Below are positions 16,626 through 25,399 of a stretch of DNA of 32,000 nucleotides, one piece after another; the stretch's first letter is position 1, and every line of letters begins with the position of its first letter. The position numbers were made by a program, and so were the translations under genes. Location: NCBI RefSeq assembly GCF_036323395.1, contig NZ_AP028907.1, forward strand, positions 450,001 to 482,000. Reading direction: 5' to 3'. The notes beneath the pieces are model-generated. The model made no database searches. It was given only the letters and a program-made list of their open reading frames with translations, and had not been told where the DNA came from. Source of the DNA: Pyrodictium abyssi. GTDB taxonomy: Archaea > Thermoproteota > Thermoprotei_A > Sulfolobales > Pyrodictiaceae.

Positions 16626-18275
16626 CTAGGGGGCGCCGGTCAGTGGAGCTGTGGGCAGCATCATAGGGGCTATCACTAGCCGCGATATAATCTCCATGGC
16701 CTTTACGCCCGCTACGGTCACCACCGAGAGCACTGCCATGTGGAAGAGCGATGACTCCAGGATGCTCCCCCTGACATACGCAATTATCACGGAGTTTACG
16801 AGGGCCAGCATGGCCAGGAAAGCGGAGACCAGCCATGTTATAGTGCTTAGGTCTGGCAGGGTTATGGTAAACGGGAGGTAGCCCACAGCGCTGCTCTGGG
16901 AGAGGGAGCCCAAGGCCTCATAGTAGTGCCCGAACAACGCCAATATGTTTATTATGGCTGATGTTATCGCAGCTACAAGCGCCTGCATAAGGTACACCAC
17001 GGCCTCGAAGGTGCGGGCTACCCGCGACCTATCAGCCCGTAGATCGCTAAGACGGATAAACAGGTCGCTGAGGATGAGCCCCGTCTCCGCAGGGTCGCCG
17101 CCGGCTTCAACAGCGTCTACGAATACATTGTTGCCTCTCACTACATCACTGTTGCTCGTCTCGAGGCTAAGGTACCGGAAGGCTGTGCGCGGCTCCACGC
17201 CATTGGTCACCCTGGCGTAGAGCCTTCTAGCGTATACTGTCAGCGGGCCGTACTCCGCCGAGAGTACAGAGGAGAGCGCGCCCGCGTAGCTCGGGATTAC
17301 CGAGTACGTGAGGCCGAGGCTCCGGACGAACACCTGGTAGAAAGACCCCAGCCTAGCTATATAGCCTTCTACGCGTATAGCGTAGAAGCCCGGGATGAGC
17401 GCAGGGAGCGCTAGGCCTAGAATCGTGTAGCTCGGGTCCCCGGTAGCAAGGTACACCGCGGCCCCCCCGAGAGCTGAGAGCACGAGCCCGCCCCTTGTCA
17501 GCATCCTGAGCCTCGCCAGCGAGCGGTTCATAGAGGCGGCGCCGCGATAGACTACGGGGTCTCTAGGCGCAATATACCGTGCAGCGACGGCGAACACCGT
17601 TATCACGGCAAGGAGCGCGGTCATGGAGGCGGCCATGCTCCAGGTACTGCCCCCCATGAACACTGCCAGTACGGTAAACGTGAGGATTACGAACATCGAT
17701 GCGCTCATAAGGGTGGCGTAGAGCCCTAGGAATATCCTAAGCAGCTCTATAGACCTCATATAGCTGCTAGTGAACTGCCGCACAGAGGTGTCGAGCTCCA
17801 CACGGAGAAACTTGACCACGTCATCACCGGTTCTTAGGACCTCGCTTAGCCTGGTGAGGAAGTCGCGGAGATACCGGTTCGGAGCCTGTTTAGCGACGAG
17901 CCGTGTCGCCCGGACAAACCCGTAGCCCCACTCCACGGCCAGCACTGCTATGCGGCTCAGTGCCCGCCCATAGGCGCCGTAGTCCCCTACCAGGGGCCTT
18001 AGCTCGAAGAGGCGCCTCCTCTCGGGCCTACCCGTGGCCACGGCATACATGTGAGCCATCACGAATAGTAGGTCTATGTCGAGTCCTCCAGCGGCCCTCC
18101 TAGCAGCGGGCACTAGGACGCGCAGGAGAACCACCGGTAGGGGCAGTACTAGCCCTAGGTAGCCGAAGGGACCCGGCACCAGGATAGCCATCACGGCGGC
18201 TAGTACGAGGCCCGCGAGCACCACCGGGTCGAGTAGGATCCTTGAGGCGGGCTCGCCGCGCACGGCTGCTAGCAC
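16626..18275 (-). CDS. arlJ: Archaellum membrane platform protein ArlJ (FlaJ)
   Basis: 549-aa polytopic membrane protein. It is the last gene of the operon, 9 nt after arlI. Size and position match FlaJ. Confidence 0.85.
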   Translation of the reverse strand: MLAAVRGEPASRILLDPVVLAGLVLAAVMAILVPGPFGYLGLVLPLPVVLLRVLVPAARRAAGGLDIDLLFVMAHMYAVATGRPERRRLFELRPLVGDYGAYGRALSRIAVLAVEWGYGFVRATRLVAKQAPNRYLRDFLTRLSEVLRTGDDVVKFLRVELDTSVRQFTSSYMRSIELLRIFLGLYATLMSASMFVILTFTVLAVFMGGSTWSMAASMTALLAVITVFAVAARYIAPRDPVVYRGAASMNRSLARLRMLTRGGLVLSALGGAAVYLATGDPSYTILGLALPALIPGFYAIRVEGYIARLGSFYQVFVRSLGLTYSVIPSYAGALSSVLSAEYGPLTVYARRLYARVTNGVEPRTAFRYLSLETSNSDVVRGNNVFVDAVEAGGDPAETGLILSDLFIRLSDLRADRSRVARTFEAVVYLMQALVAAITSAIINILALFGHYYEALGSLSQSSAVGYLPFTITLPDLSTITWLVSAFLAMLALVNSVIIAYVRGSILESSLFHMAVLSVVTVAGVKAMEIISRLVIAPMMLPTAPLTGAP

Positions 18276-18284
18276 CCGGCAGCG

Positions 18285-20051
18285 CTACTTTATTAGCTCG
18301 CCGCGCTGTATCCTGCTAAGGGCTTCCTCGAGGGCCTCTACCACCGCGTAGGGGGCCTCCTCCTTGCTGACGCGGCGCGCGTGCTCTACTGTGAGCGCGT
18401 GTATCCTAGCCAGCGTGCGGAACACCTGGTAGTAGTTGAACACCTTTCTCTCTATCATGGCCCTTATTATCCGCGCTCTCAGCTCCAGCTCGTCGTATAT
18501 TATGAACATGTTCCGCCTAGAGAGGCCGCGTTTCACGCCTATCTTCTCCTCGAGGAGATAGCTGGTGCCCCTTCCGCGGAACGTGAAGCGGTCGCTAACA
18601 GGGTCCCAGGTGAAGGTGGGGACGTAGAGCGTCGAGCCGCTTTTCGGGTCGTACCCCATGATCTCGTTGACGCTGAGCACTCTGCGTACGAGCACGCCTT
18701 CGCGGTAGACGGCGCTCTGTATGACCACGAAGTTCAGATTGTCTAGCTGCGATTTGGGGACGTTTATCGGGGGAGATGTGAGCCTCTGTACGAGCCTCTC
18801 GACGCTCGCAGCGTGGAAGGTGGCTAGGACTGGGTGGCCTGTCTGCATCGCCTGGAACGCTATAAGACCCTCCGCCCCGCGTATCTCGCCGACGATTATG
18901 TAGTTAGGCCTCTGGCGGAGCGCGGCCTTGAGCAGGTCGAACATGGTTACGCTGGTCTCTGGGCTCCCCGTGTCGCGCGTGAGCTCCCGCACCCAGTTGG
19001 GGTGCGGCACGTTCAGCTCAGCAGTGTCCTCTATAGTCACTATCTTAGCGGTAGGGTTTATGAACGCCACGATAGCGTTGAGTGTGGTGGTCTTGCCGGA
19101 GGCTGTCTCGCCGGATACGAAGCCGCTGTTCCCCTCGAGTAGGAGCATCCACAGGTAGGCCGCTATGCGCTCGTCGAAGGTGTTCCAGCTAACGAGCTGC
19201 GTCACGCTCAGCGGTATCTTGGCGACACGGCGTATGGTGAAGTTGCTGCCCTGGAGGCTCACGTCTGTGCCGAAGACTATGTTTATCCTGCTGCCGTCGG
19301 GCAGCGTGGCGTCCACTATGGGCCTCGCGTGGCTCACGGGCTTCCCTATCCTCTCGCTAAGCTCTATGATGAACTTGTCGAGCTCCTCGTGGGTCTCGAA
19401 GCGGAGGCTTGTCTCGAGGGGGCCGAACACCTTATGGACTATGTATATGTTCCCGACGCCGGGGCAGGAGATGTCCTCTATGTAGGGATCCTTCAGCACG
19501 GGCTCCAGTATGCCTAACCCAGCCTTGTCCCTCAGCAGGTAGTACACCAGGTTCCTATAGTGCGCCTGGTAGACGGGCACCCTCCTAAGGCTGTGCACCC
19601 GGGGCAGCAGGGCACGGTAGTCCACGGGGCGGGGTACCCTCTCGGCTATCTCGCCCAGCTTCCGGAGCAGTATCCGCCTCCGCTCCTCCAGATCCCTCGC
19701 CACGTCGTTCTCTGTTATGACCGAGGCGAGCTTCTCCTCTACTAGGGCGAACAGCTCCCGGGGAGGCCTCTCCGGCTCCACAGCCACGTACTTCCTGTAC
19801 CCCGACTCACCGCCCCCCGGGGGCGTGTAGATGTGGATGAATATGCCAGCCTCCTCGTCCACCACGTACATGACGTTCAGCCTGGCGGCTTTCCGGAGGC
19901 TCCTCGGCAGCTCCCTCCCGTAGTACGCGGGAACGCCTACCCTCGCGGCGACAGCCCTAAGATAGCGGGCTAGGTGGGGGAACCTCCGCGCCAGCCTCCT
20001 CAGCTCCCCCGCCTCAGCGGCCTGCAGTGCGGCAGCCGCCATAGACGCCAC
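18285..20051 (-). CDS. arlI: Archaellum motor ATPase ArlI (FlaI; VirB11/PilT-type secretion ATPase)
   Basis: Walker A GETASGKTTTLNA. Walker B region PNYIIVGEIRGAEG. Also ATFHA. Length is 588 aa. Confidence 0.92.
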   Translation of the reverse strand: MASMAAAALQAAEAGELRRLARRFPHLARYLRAVAARVGVPAYYGRELPRSLRKAARLNVMYVVDEEAGIFIHIYTPPGGGESGYRKYVAVEPERPPRELFALVEEKLASVITENDVARDLEERRRILLRKLGEIAERVPRPVDYRALLPRVHSLRRVPVYQAHYRNLVYYLLRDKAGLGILEPVLKDPYIEDISCPGVGNIYIVHKVFGPLETSLRFETHEELDKFIIELSERIGKPVSHARPIVDATLPDGSRINIVFGTDVSLQGSNFTIRRVAKIPLSVTQLVSWNTFDERIAAYLWMLLLEGNSGFVSGETASGKTTTLNAIVAFINPTAKIVTIEDTAELNVPHPNWVRELTRDTGSPETSVTMFDLLKAALRQRPNYIIVGEIRGAEGLIAFQAMQTGHPVLATFHAASVERLVQRLTSPPINVPKSQLDNLNFVVIQSAVYREGVLVRRVLSVNEIMGYDPKSGSTLYVPTFTWDPVSDRFTFRGRGTSYLLEEKIGVKRGLSRRNMFIIYDELELRARIIRAMIERKVFNYYQVFRTLARIHALTVEHARRVSKEEAPYAVVEALEEALSRIQRGELIK

Positions 20052-20055
20052 CCCG

Positions 20056-20766
20056 CTAGGACTGAGCGAGCACTATAGGCACAATCTTTATCCCGAAGGC
20101 TGGGTCCACGTCGAATGCTACGCTCCCCTCAACCACGTCGGGGGCGCCCCGCGCCTTCACCACCCGGAGCACCCGCACCTGCTTGCCGCCAACGCTGGCG
20201 AGGCCCAGGCTGTAGTAGACATCGGCGGCCGCACGCAGCTCCAGCATAGCAGGCTCTCCGAGGACACCGGGATGCACCGTAGCGATGAACGAGACCCCGC
20301 GGGCCACGAGCCTGCGCGCCACGTAGACGAGCCTGCCCACAGCGCTGTCCCCAGCAGCGAGGGGGGTGAGAGAGTCCACGGCAATGGCGTCGAAGCCGCT
20401 GGCCCTCTCCGCCCAGGAGAGCAGCCGCTGCAGCAACACTCCGGGGGGCTCGTGCCTCACAGTGTAGGTGCTGTACACCCTAAGCGAGCCCTTCACGAAG
20501 TAGCGGACTAGGTCTATCCGCACACCCCGTGCCTGGAGGAGCAGGTGCCGCGCCGTGGACTCTGTAGTGAACAGCGCCACGCGGAGCCCCGAGGAGAGCA
20601 TGCCATAGGCTATCTGCAGCACGAGGGTCGTCTTAGCGGTGCCGTTACCCCCCTCCACAACTATGAAGGCTGGGTGCGGGACGCCGCCGCCTATACGGCT
20701 GTCCAGCTCCTCATTCCCAGTGCTGACTACCCGTATCACCCAGCTAGCCGGGGACAGGGAGCGCAT
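20056..20766 (-). CDS. arlH: Archaellum KaiC/RecA-like ATP-binding protein ArlH (FlaH)
   Basis: 236 aa, single RecA-like domain. Walker A VVEGGNGTAKTT and Walker B-like AIAVDSLTPL. It lies directly upstream of arlI (4-nt gap). Confidence 0.88.
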   Translation of the reverse strand: MRSLSPASWVIRVVSTGNEELDSRIGGGVPHPAFIVVEGGNGTAKTTLVLQIAYGMLSSGLRVALFTTESTARHLLLQARGVRIDLVRYFVKGSLRVYSTYTVRHEPPGVLLQRLLSWAERASGFDAIAVDSLTPLAAGDSAVGRLVYVARRLVARGVSFIATVHPGVLGEPAMLELRAAADVYYSLGLASVGGKQVRVLRVVKARGAPDVVEGSVAFDVDPAFGIKIVPIVLAQS

Positions 20767-21253
20767 AGCTGCAGCACACCCCCTCGCCGCTGCACACGAC
20801 GAGCCTAACCACCGAGCCGGGGTCGGGGGTGAGCGTCAAGTTGATCGCGAGCACCGCGGACTCGCCCGGCATTAGGGTGGCCGTGGAGCCCGGCCTAGCG
20901 CTGTAGGCCCTCCCACCCACGACCCTGTAGAGCACCCTCAGCCCCGCACCGTAGGGGAGCACATCGTGCCTGGTCACCCTGCCGCTGGTGTACACCGCCA
21001 CGGCTACCGCCCCCTCCCCTAGGCTGACCTCTACAGAGCCCTGGTTCTCCACGGTAACGTTGAGAGCCCCGCCCTCGATGGACGCGCCTACTACTGCTAG
21101 CTTCGCGCGGGCCCGGTACTCCAGGTACCCTGCGAGATCCCGGGCCTCCTCGAGGAACACAGTAGCATAGCCCGTCCAGGCCTCCACGAGCACCAGGGCG
21201 GCTGATACGAGGACTAGTACGCCGATAGCAGCGCCTATAGCGGCTGCCGACAA
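20744..21253 (-). CDS. arlF: Archaellum FlaF/FlaG-family protein (assigned ArlF by gene order)
   Basis: 169 aa. An N-terminal hydrophobic helix (IGAAIGVLVLVSAALVLV) is followed by a beta-rich domain. The start is TTG. The position between arlG and arlH matches the Sulfolobus order B-X-G-F-H-I-J. Confidence 0.6.
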   Translation of the reverse strand: MSAAAIGAAIGVLVLVSAALVLVEAWTGYATVFLEEARDLAGYLEYRARAKLAVVGASIEGGALNVTVENQGSVEVSLGEGAVAVAVYTSGRVTRHDVLPYGAGLRVLYRVVGGRAYSARPGSTATLMPGESAVLAINLTLTPDPGSVVRLVVCSGEGVCCSYALPVPG

Positions 21254-21260
21254 GCTCCTC

Positions 21261-21749
21261 TCACCCCGTGTAGCCCGCTTCGAGCCGGGACCCGCTAGGC
21301 AGCACCATCACTACCCGGTAGGGCGGCTCCACGCCTAGCGGCGGGCAGGCCTTCACCTCAAGGGTCTCCCGCTGCTCCCAGACCCCGTTAGGATTCTCGA
21401 TCTCCCGGTAGCTCCAGCAGCCCAGGCCCTGAGAGCAGTAGTCCATGTACTCTAGGAGGAAGGTCTCCGAGCCGTTGCCGAGGATGAGGGTAGCGTCCTC
21501 CACGCCCGCTATAGGCGCCTCGCCCACGTTCTTCAGGAACAGGTAGTGGCAGCCATCGCTCTCGTTGACGAAACCGTACACGAACACGGCCCGCTCCGAG
21601 AGCCCCCGCGCGGCGGCAGCGCTAGCCGAGGCTATGCGCCCGCCCAGGTAGGAGGCGTTGTACAGTATAGCGCTCGCCACTATCATAGTGGCTGTCACAG
21701 CGGCTATCACTAGTATGGCCTCCGCTATCGGTGTCGAGACTCCTCTCAA
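21261..21749 (-). CDS. arlG: Archaellum FlaF/FlaG-family protein (assigned ArlG by gene order)
   Basis: 162 aa. It has an archaellin-like N-terminus GVSTPIAEAILVIAAVTATMIVASA followed by a beta-rich domain. Its TTG start overlaps the arlX-like stop (TTGA). Confidence 0.6.
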   Translation of the reverse strand: MRGVSTPIAEAILVIAAVTATMIVASAILYNASYLGGRIASASAAAARGLSERAVFVYGFVNESDGCHYLFLKNVGEAPIAGVEDATLILGNGSETFLLEYMDYCSQGLGCWSYREIENPNGVWEQRETLEVKACPPLGVEPPYRVVMVLPSGSRLEAGYTG

Positions 21750-22405
21750 CCCCGCCTCTCCCCCAGAGCAGCCAGAGCGAGGGCGACACGCGGCTCCAAC
21801 CCCCTCTCCCTAGCCCGCTCGACAGCACGGGCTATGGCCGTGATACGCCTGGCCTCCTCCTCGGAGAGCACCCCGGCCCTAACGTACTCCCTCACTATCT
21901 CCTCAACGACGCCGGCCCCGCTCCTCTCCACGATCTCGCCGAGCGCCCTGATTGCGGCCTGAAGCCCCCCGTTGCCAGCAGTACCCGCCGGCCCGGCTAG
22001 GGGGTTGGAGGCCTCCGAGAGGGCCTCCCGCAGCTCGAGCACCACAGCCTCCACGCTGGAGACAAGCCCCTTGACCTCGTCGTGCAGCTTGTCCAGCTTC
22101 CCCTCGACGCCGGAGAGCCTCTCGAGGACGCTCCTAGCGCTCTCCTGGACCGCGCTCCTCACAGCGTCCACCACGTTCTCCGCCACCTTCTCCGCGACTT
22201 CGTCCACAGAGGGCACAGCCGCCGTCACCCCCACGGCCTCCTCCTGGGCCTCCACCTCCGGGCCAGCCTCCTCCCCCGCGGGCTCGCTAGCCTCCTCCGC
22301 CCCGGGCTCCGGGGACGGCCCGGGGCCCGCCTCCCCGCCGGCTCTACGCACAAGCGGCCACACGAGCAGCCTACAGATAGGGCAGCTACACCTCCATGCA
22401 GCCAT
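21746..22405 (-). CDS. arlX: ArlX-like (FlaX) coiled-coil protein lacking the expected N-terminal TM helix
   Basis: It occupies the crenarchaeal arlX slot between arlB and arlG. It has an acidic Pro/Glu linker, then heptad-like VDEVAEKVAENVVDAVRSAVQESARSVLERLSGVEGKLDKLHDEVKGLVSSVEAVVLELREAL. The N-terminus MAAWRCSCPICRLL carries a C.C..C motif and no TM helix. Confidence 0.55.
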   Translation of the reverse strand: MAAWRCSCPICRLLVWPLVRRAGGEAGPGPSPEPGAEEASEPAGEEAGPEVEAQEEAVGVTAAVPSVDEVAEKVAENVVDAVRSAVQESARSVLERLSGVEGKLDKLHDEVKGLVSSVEAVVLELREALSEASNPLAGPAGTAGNGGLQAAIRALGEIVERSGAGVVEEIVREYVRAGVLSEEEARRITAIARAVERARERGLEPRVALALAALGERRG

Positions 22406-22449
22406 GCAGCAGCGCCACCCCCTCGCCCCGGATGCACCCCTCCCCGGGG

Positions 22450-22743
22450 CTAGGCCCCCCGGAGGCTAGCAGCGCCCACGACGAGCCAGTGCAGGCCTAG
22501 CGCCAGCGCTAGCAAGCCCCCGCCCAGAGCCGCGTAGCCGCCCCCCAGCTCCCCCTCGAGCACCGCGTAGAGCACAAGCCCTCCTATCAGCGCCAGCACA
22601 GCGCCTATAGCCGTGAACACCGCGACAACCGCTCTCCCGCCCAAGGCTACGACAGCCTCCGCAAGGCAGCTGGAAAATGGTGCGCGGCCCGCTCGGCCGC
22701 GCCACGCGGAAAAACAGTGGGGCCGGGCTCCGGGGCTAGGCAC
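22450..22743 (-). CDS. Small two-TM membrane protein between arlB and the arlX-like gene
   Basis: It contains the hydrophobic segments AVVAVFTAIGAVLALIGGLVLYAVL and YAALGGGLLALALGLHWLVVGAA. The GTG at 22743 lies 10 nt after the arlB stop; an internal TTG start would give about 64 aa. The N-terminal third is Arg/Gly/Pro-rich and may not be translated. Confidence 0.45.
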   Translation of the reverse strand: MPSPGARPHCFSAWRGRAGRAPFSSCLAEAVVALGGRAVVAVFTAIGAVLALIGGLVLYAVLEGELGGGYAALGGGLLALALGLHWLVVGAASLRGA

Positions 22744-22753
22744 GGCCCACGGT

Positions 22754-23386
22754 CTAGCCGCCTACGATGAGGTCCACGAAGTCGCTGGTGAGTACCGGCG
22801 GTATCTCGTACCTCACGACCAGCGGCGCGCCTACCGGCGGCTTGATCTCTATCTGCACCTTGCTGTAAGGCGGGAGACCGTTAGTATCAGTAACGTTCAC
22901 CGCAAGCAGCATTACCTCACCAGGCTCTAGTAGTGTATTGTTGTTACCCTGGGCAGCGATCCATATGGCTTTGTAGGCTTGGACATTGTTTACAGCAGTT
23001 AGGTTTGTGGTATTGGTTATGTATATGTTTCCGTTTGCATCACGCTGTACTATATTGGCATTTGCGATGCTTGTGCCGTTTGGCTTTTGCACCAGCAGTG
23101 ATACTACTGTCTTATCTAGGTCTATTGGGTTAGTGCCTGCGGTGAGCTTTACCGGGAGGAATATCATGGTGGCCTGTCTCTCGCCGCTTATGGTCTGGAC
23201 CTCAGCTATGGCGTTACCTGCTACGTCTAGCGCTCTGGTGGCGGAGTCGTAGGCCTTGGCCATTACTTCTTTGCTCTTCTGGCTGGCGAACATGCCCATG
23301 TTTATCGCCACGAATGCTAGCGCGCTCGCCACTAGTACGAAGGCTATTAGGACGATCGCGGCCTCTATACCCACTATGGCTCTCAC
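22754..23386 (-). CDS. arlB: Archaellin ArlB (FlaB)
   Basis: N-terminus MRA/IVGIEAAIVLIAFVLVASALAFVAINMGMF is the class III signal and hydrophobic archaellin N-domain, with Gly at +3 relative to the predicted cleavage site. It is the first gene of the operon. The start is GTG, with a GGGGTGAG SD-like element 8 nt upstream. An in-frame stop at 23411-23413 prevents any longer leader. Confidence 0.88.
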   Translation of the reverse strand: MRAIVGIEAAIVLIAFVLVASALAFVAINMGMFASQKSKEVMAKAYDSATRALDVAGNAIAEVQTISGERQATMIFLPVKLTAGTNPIDLDKTVVSLLVQKPNGTSIANANIVQRDANGNIYITNTTNLTAVNNVQAYKAIWIAAQGNNNTLLEPGEVMLLAVNVTDTNGLPPYSKVQIEIKPPVGAPLVVRYEIPPVLTSDFVDLIVGG

Positions 23387-23606
23387 GCAGGGCTCACCCC
23401 TTGGGGGATCTCACCTTGTGTCTGGTGCTCGGGCCGTGTGGAGAGGCGGCCCGGCTGTTGGGGAAAAGCGACGTGAAGGCCCGGCCGGTTATGAGGCGCG
23501 TTGCGTATAGCCCCAGCGGAGCAGGCTAGGGGGCGGCTAGGTGCGCGGCCCATAGCCCCCGGGGCAAGGGTTAAGAGGGCGGTTCTGCACGATACTACAC
23601 GCGGGA

Positions 23607-23631
23607 CCAGGGGTAGCCCCGGCTGCCGCCC
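23607..23631. repeat. 25-bp perfect inverted repeat, left copy (partner 25899-25923)
   Basis: ccaggggtagccccggctgccgccc is the exact reverse complement of 25899-25923. It lies in the arlB / KaiC-A divergent intergenic region. Confidence 0.95.
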
Positions 23632-23720
23632 GAGGAGCCGGGCCCGGCAGCATTAATCAGAAACCGTTTCTCCCAACCCGTACCCCGGGCCCCGGCCCGC
23701 CCGCCCGCGGAGGACAACCC

Positions 23721-23927
23721 ATGAAGAAGCGGAGCCTCCTCGCCCGCGCTCTAGGCGTCGTAGCGCTCTTCGCCTCCATAGGGGTCTGGGCGGCTGGCGC
23801 GGCACCAGCCTCTATAGCGTTGCTAGCCGCCGCAGCGCTAGCCGTGCAAGACGGCTTCGAGGAGCCCGCGGCCGCTCTCCCAGGCCAGTGCCTCTCCTGG
23901 GAGCCCTGGAGGTGCGCACTGCTATGA
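23721..23927 (+). CDS. Small (68 aa) membrane or signal-peptide protein translationally coupled to KaiC-A
   Basis: The ATG is preceded by GGAGG (7-nt spacer). The sequence is MKKRSLLARALGVVALFASIGVWAAGAAPASIALLAAAALAV. Its TGA overlaps the KaiC-A ATG (ATGA at 23924-23927). Confidence 0.5.
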   Translation: MKKRSLLARALGVVALFASIGVWAAGAAPASIALLAAAALAVQDGFEEPAAALPGQCLSWEPWRCALL

Positions 23928-25399
23928 ACCTGGTGGAGTGGGGGATCGAGGGGCTGGATAAGCTGCTCGGCGGTGTTCCTCGTGGGGCTGTTGTGCTTCT
24001 CGCTGGGAACCCTGGTACTGGTAAGTCTACTTTCGCGGCGAAGTTCCTCTACGAGGGTGCGCGGCGCCTCGGCGAGCCCGGGGTGTACCTCAACTTCGTC
24101 GAGCCCCGCCAGGACTTCCTCAGCCACATGGCCATGCTCGGCATGGACTTCGAAAGCCTCGAAGAGAAGGGACTATTCCACTACGTAGAAGCACTAACAA
24201 TCGTAGACGAGGAGGCTCTTGTGGCTCAGCTGGAGGAGCTCGAGAGCCTCGTGCGCGAGACGGGCGCGAAGAGGCTGGTAGTAGACAGTATAACTGTCAT
24301 AATGCAGCTCGTGAATGGCGTTTCCAAGGCCAGGGAGCTGCTGCAGAACTTCTTCGTTAACGGGCTCAAGCCCCTCGGCGTCACCTCGATACTCATAGCG
24401 GAGCACCCCTACGGGGCCCGCATGGTAGGATACGGCATCGAGGAGTTCATAGTAGACGCCGTCGTTCTGCTCCGCTTCGAGAGCCACGCGGGGAAGATGC
24501 GGAGGGTGCTCGAGCTGCGTAAGGCACGCTGGGCCCCGATATACCAGGTGGAGCTGCCCTTCGAGATACTCCCCGGCAGGGTGGTAGACATTGCTGTGCC
24601 GGAGGAGCCGAAGTCCGTCCCAGCGCCGGTGGGGGAGAGGGTGTACAGCTTCGCAGACATAGCCCGTGCAGCCCGGCGGCCGGGGCGCCAGCCTCTCGTG
24701 CGCACGCTCCTCCCCTCGGGCTCGCCGCTGCCCGTAGAGGTAGCGAGCTCCGTCTACTTTTCGCAGGGCTCGCAGGTGCTCGTACATGTTAGCGAGAGCA
24801 TACACACGAGGTTCCTAGTAGCGTTGCTGGCAGCCACACTCCACGTGTACACCGGGGAGAAGGTGGCGGTATTCAGCTTCAAGTCGGCGCCGTCGCTGCT
24901 GGAGCGGATGACGCGCTGCGTATACTCGATCATGTCGGGTGCAGCGGGCCCCGGAGACGGCATAGTATTCGATGCGGTAAACCCCTCGGCCTACCTGCCG
25001 GAGCACATAGTCTCCCAGCTCCGCGGCCTCGTGGAGAGCGAGAAGCCCTCCCTCCTCTTCCTGGAGGGCATAGAGGGCCTAGAGGAGCTCTACGGTGCAG
25101 CCCTCCACAGCATGATGGTGAACGTGCCCTACATGCTGCGCCGGCTCGGCGTAACCACGCTGTACTTCTACGCCAGCGACGCGGCGCCGCAGGAGAAGCG
25201 CATGCTACGCCTCCTACGCATCGCAGCCGACATGAAGATAGACGTCTACCCACAGGCGCTCGAGACGAAGCTGGACCAGAGAGGCAGGAAGAGGCTCGTG
25301 CAAAAATACCGCATGTGGGTCAAGACGCCGACAGTACGCCTGGAGATAGTTAAGGAGTTCGACATGCAGCCCCTCATGGAGAGGCGCTGCGTCTACTAG
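23924..25399 (+). CDS. Two-domain KaiC-like ATPase, paralogue A (second domain lacks a P-loop)
   Basis: Domain 1 has Walker A GNPGTGKST and Walker B-like RLVVDSITV. Domain 2 is homologous in pattern but has GSQVLVHVSESIHTRF where a P-loop is expected. The preferred start is the ATG at 23924 (GGAGGTG SD upstream, ATGA coupling); the track ORF begins at 23888. Confidence 0.85.
   Translation: MNLVEWGIEGLDKLLGGVPRGAVVLLAGNPGTGKSTFAAKFLYEGARRLGEPGVYLNFVEPRQDFLSHMAMLGMDFESLEEKGLFHYVEALTIVDEEALVAQLEELESLVRETGAKRLVVDSITVIMQLVNGVSKARELLQNFFVNGLKPLGVTSILIAEHPYGARMVGYGIEEFIVDAVVLLRFESHAGKMRRVLELRKARWAPIYQVELPFEILPGRVVDIAVPEEPKSVPAPVGERVYSFADIARAARRPGRQPLVRTLLPSGSPLPVEVASSVYFSQGSQVLVHVSESIHTRFLVALLAATLHVYTGEKVAVFSFKSAPSLLERMTRCVYSIMSGAAGPGDGIVFDAVNPSAYLPEHIVSQLRGLVESEKPSLLFLEGIEGLEELYGAALHSMMVNVPYMLRRLGVTTLYFYASDAAPQEKRMLRLLRIAADMKIDVYPQALETKLDQRGRKRLVQKYRMWVKTPTVRLEIVKEFDMQPLMERRCVY
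23968..24216. repeat. 249-bp perfect inverted repeat, copy in KaiC-A (partner 29748-29996 in KaiC-B)
   Basis: Checked in 10-nt blocks: 23968-24216 equals the reverse complement of 29748-29996 with no mismatch. It covers about codons 16-98, including Walker A. The sequence diverges on both sides. Confidence 0.95.
24335..24459. repeat. 125-bp inverted repeat with 1 mismatch, copy in KaiC-A (partner 29505-29629)
   Basis: Block-by-block comparison found a single difference at 24422 (a vs g). It encodes ELLQNFFVNGLKPLGVTSILIAEHPYGAR.VGYGIEEFIVDA. It is separated from the 249-bp block by 118 diverged nt. Confidence 0.9.

Noticed and set aside
24194-25253. Antisense ORFs within KaiC-A (24194..24805, 203 aa, and others)
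   Set aside because: They are antisense to a gene with clear Walker motifs. Equivalent shadow ORFs appear opposite every KaiC copy (1270..1485, 29568..29783), showing they are frame artefacts of the conserved sense sequence.
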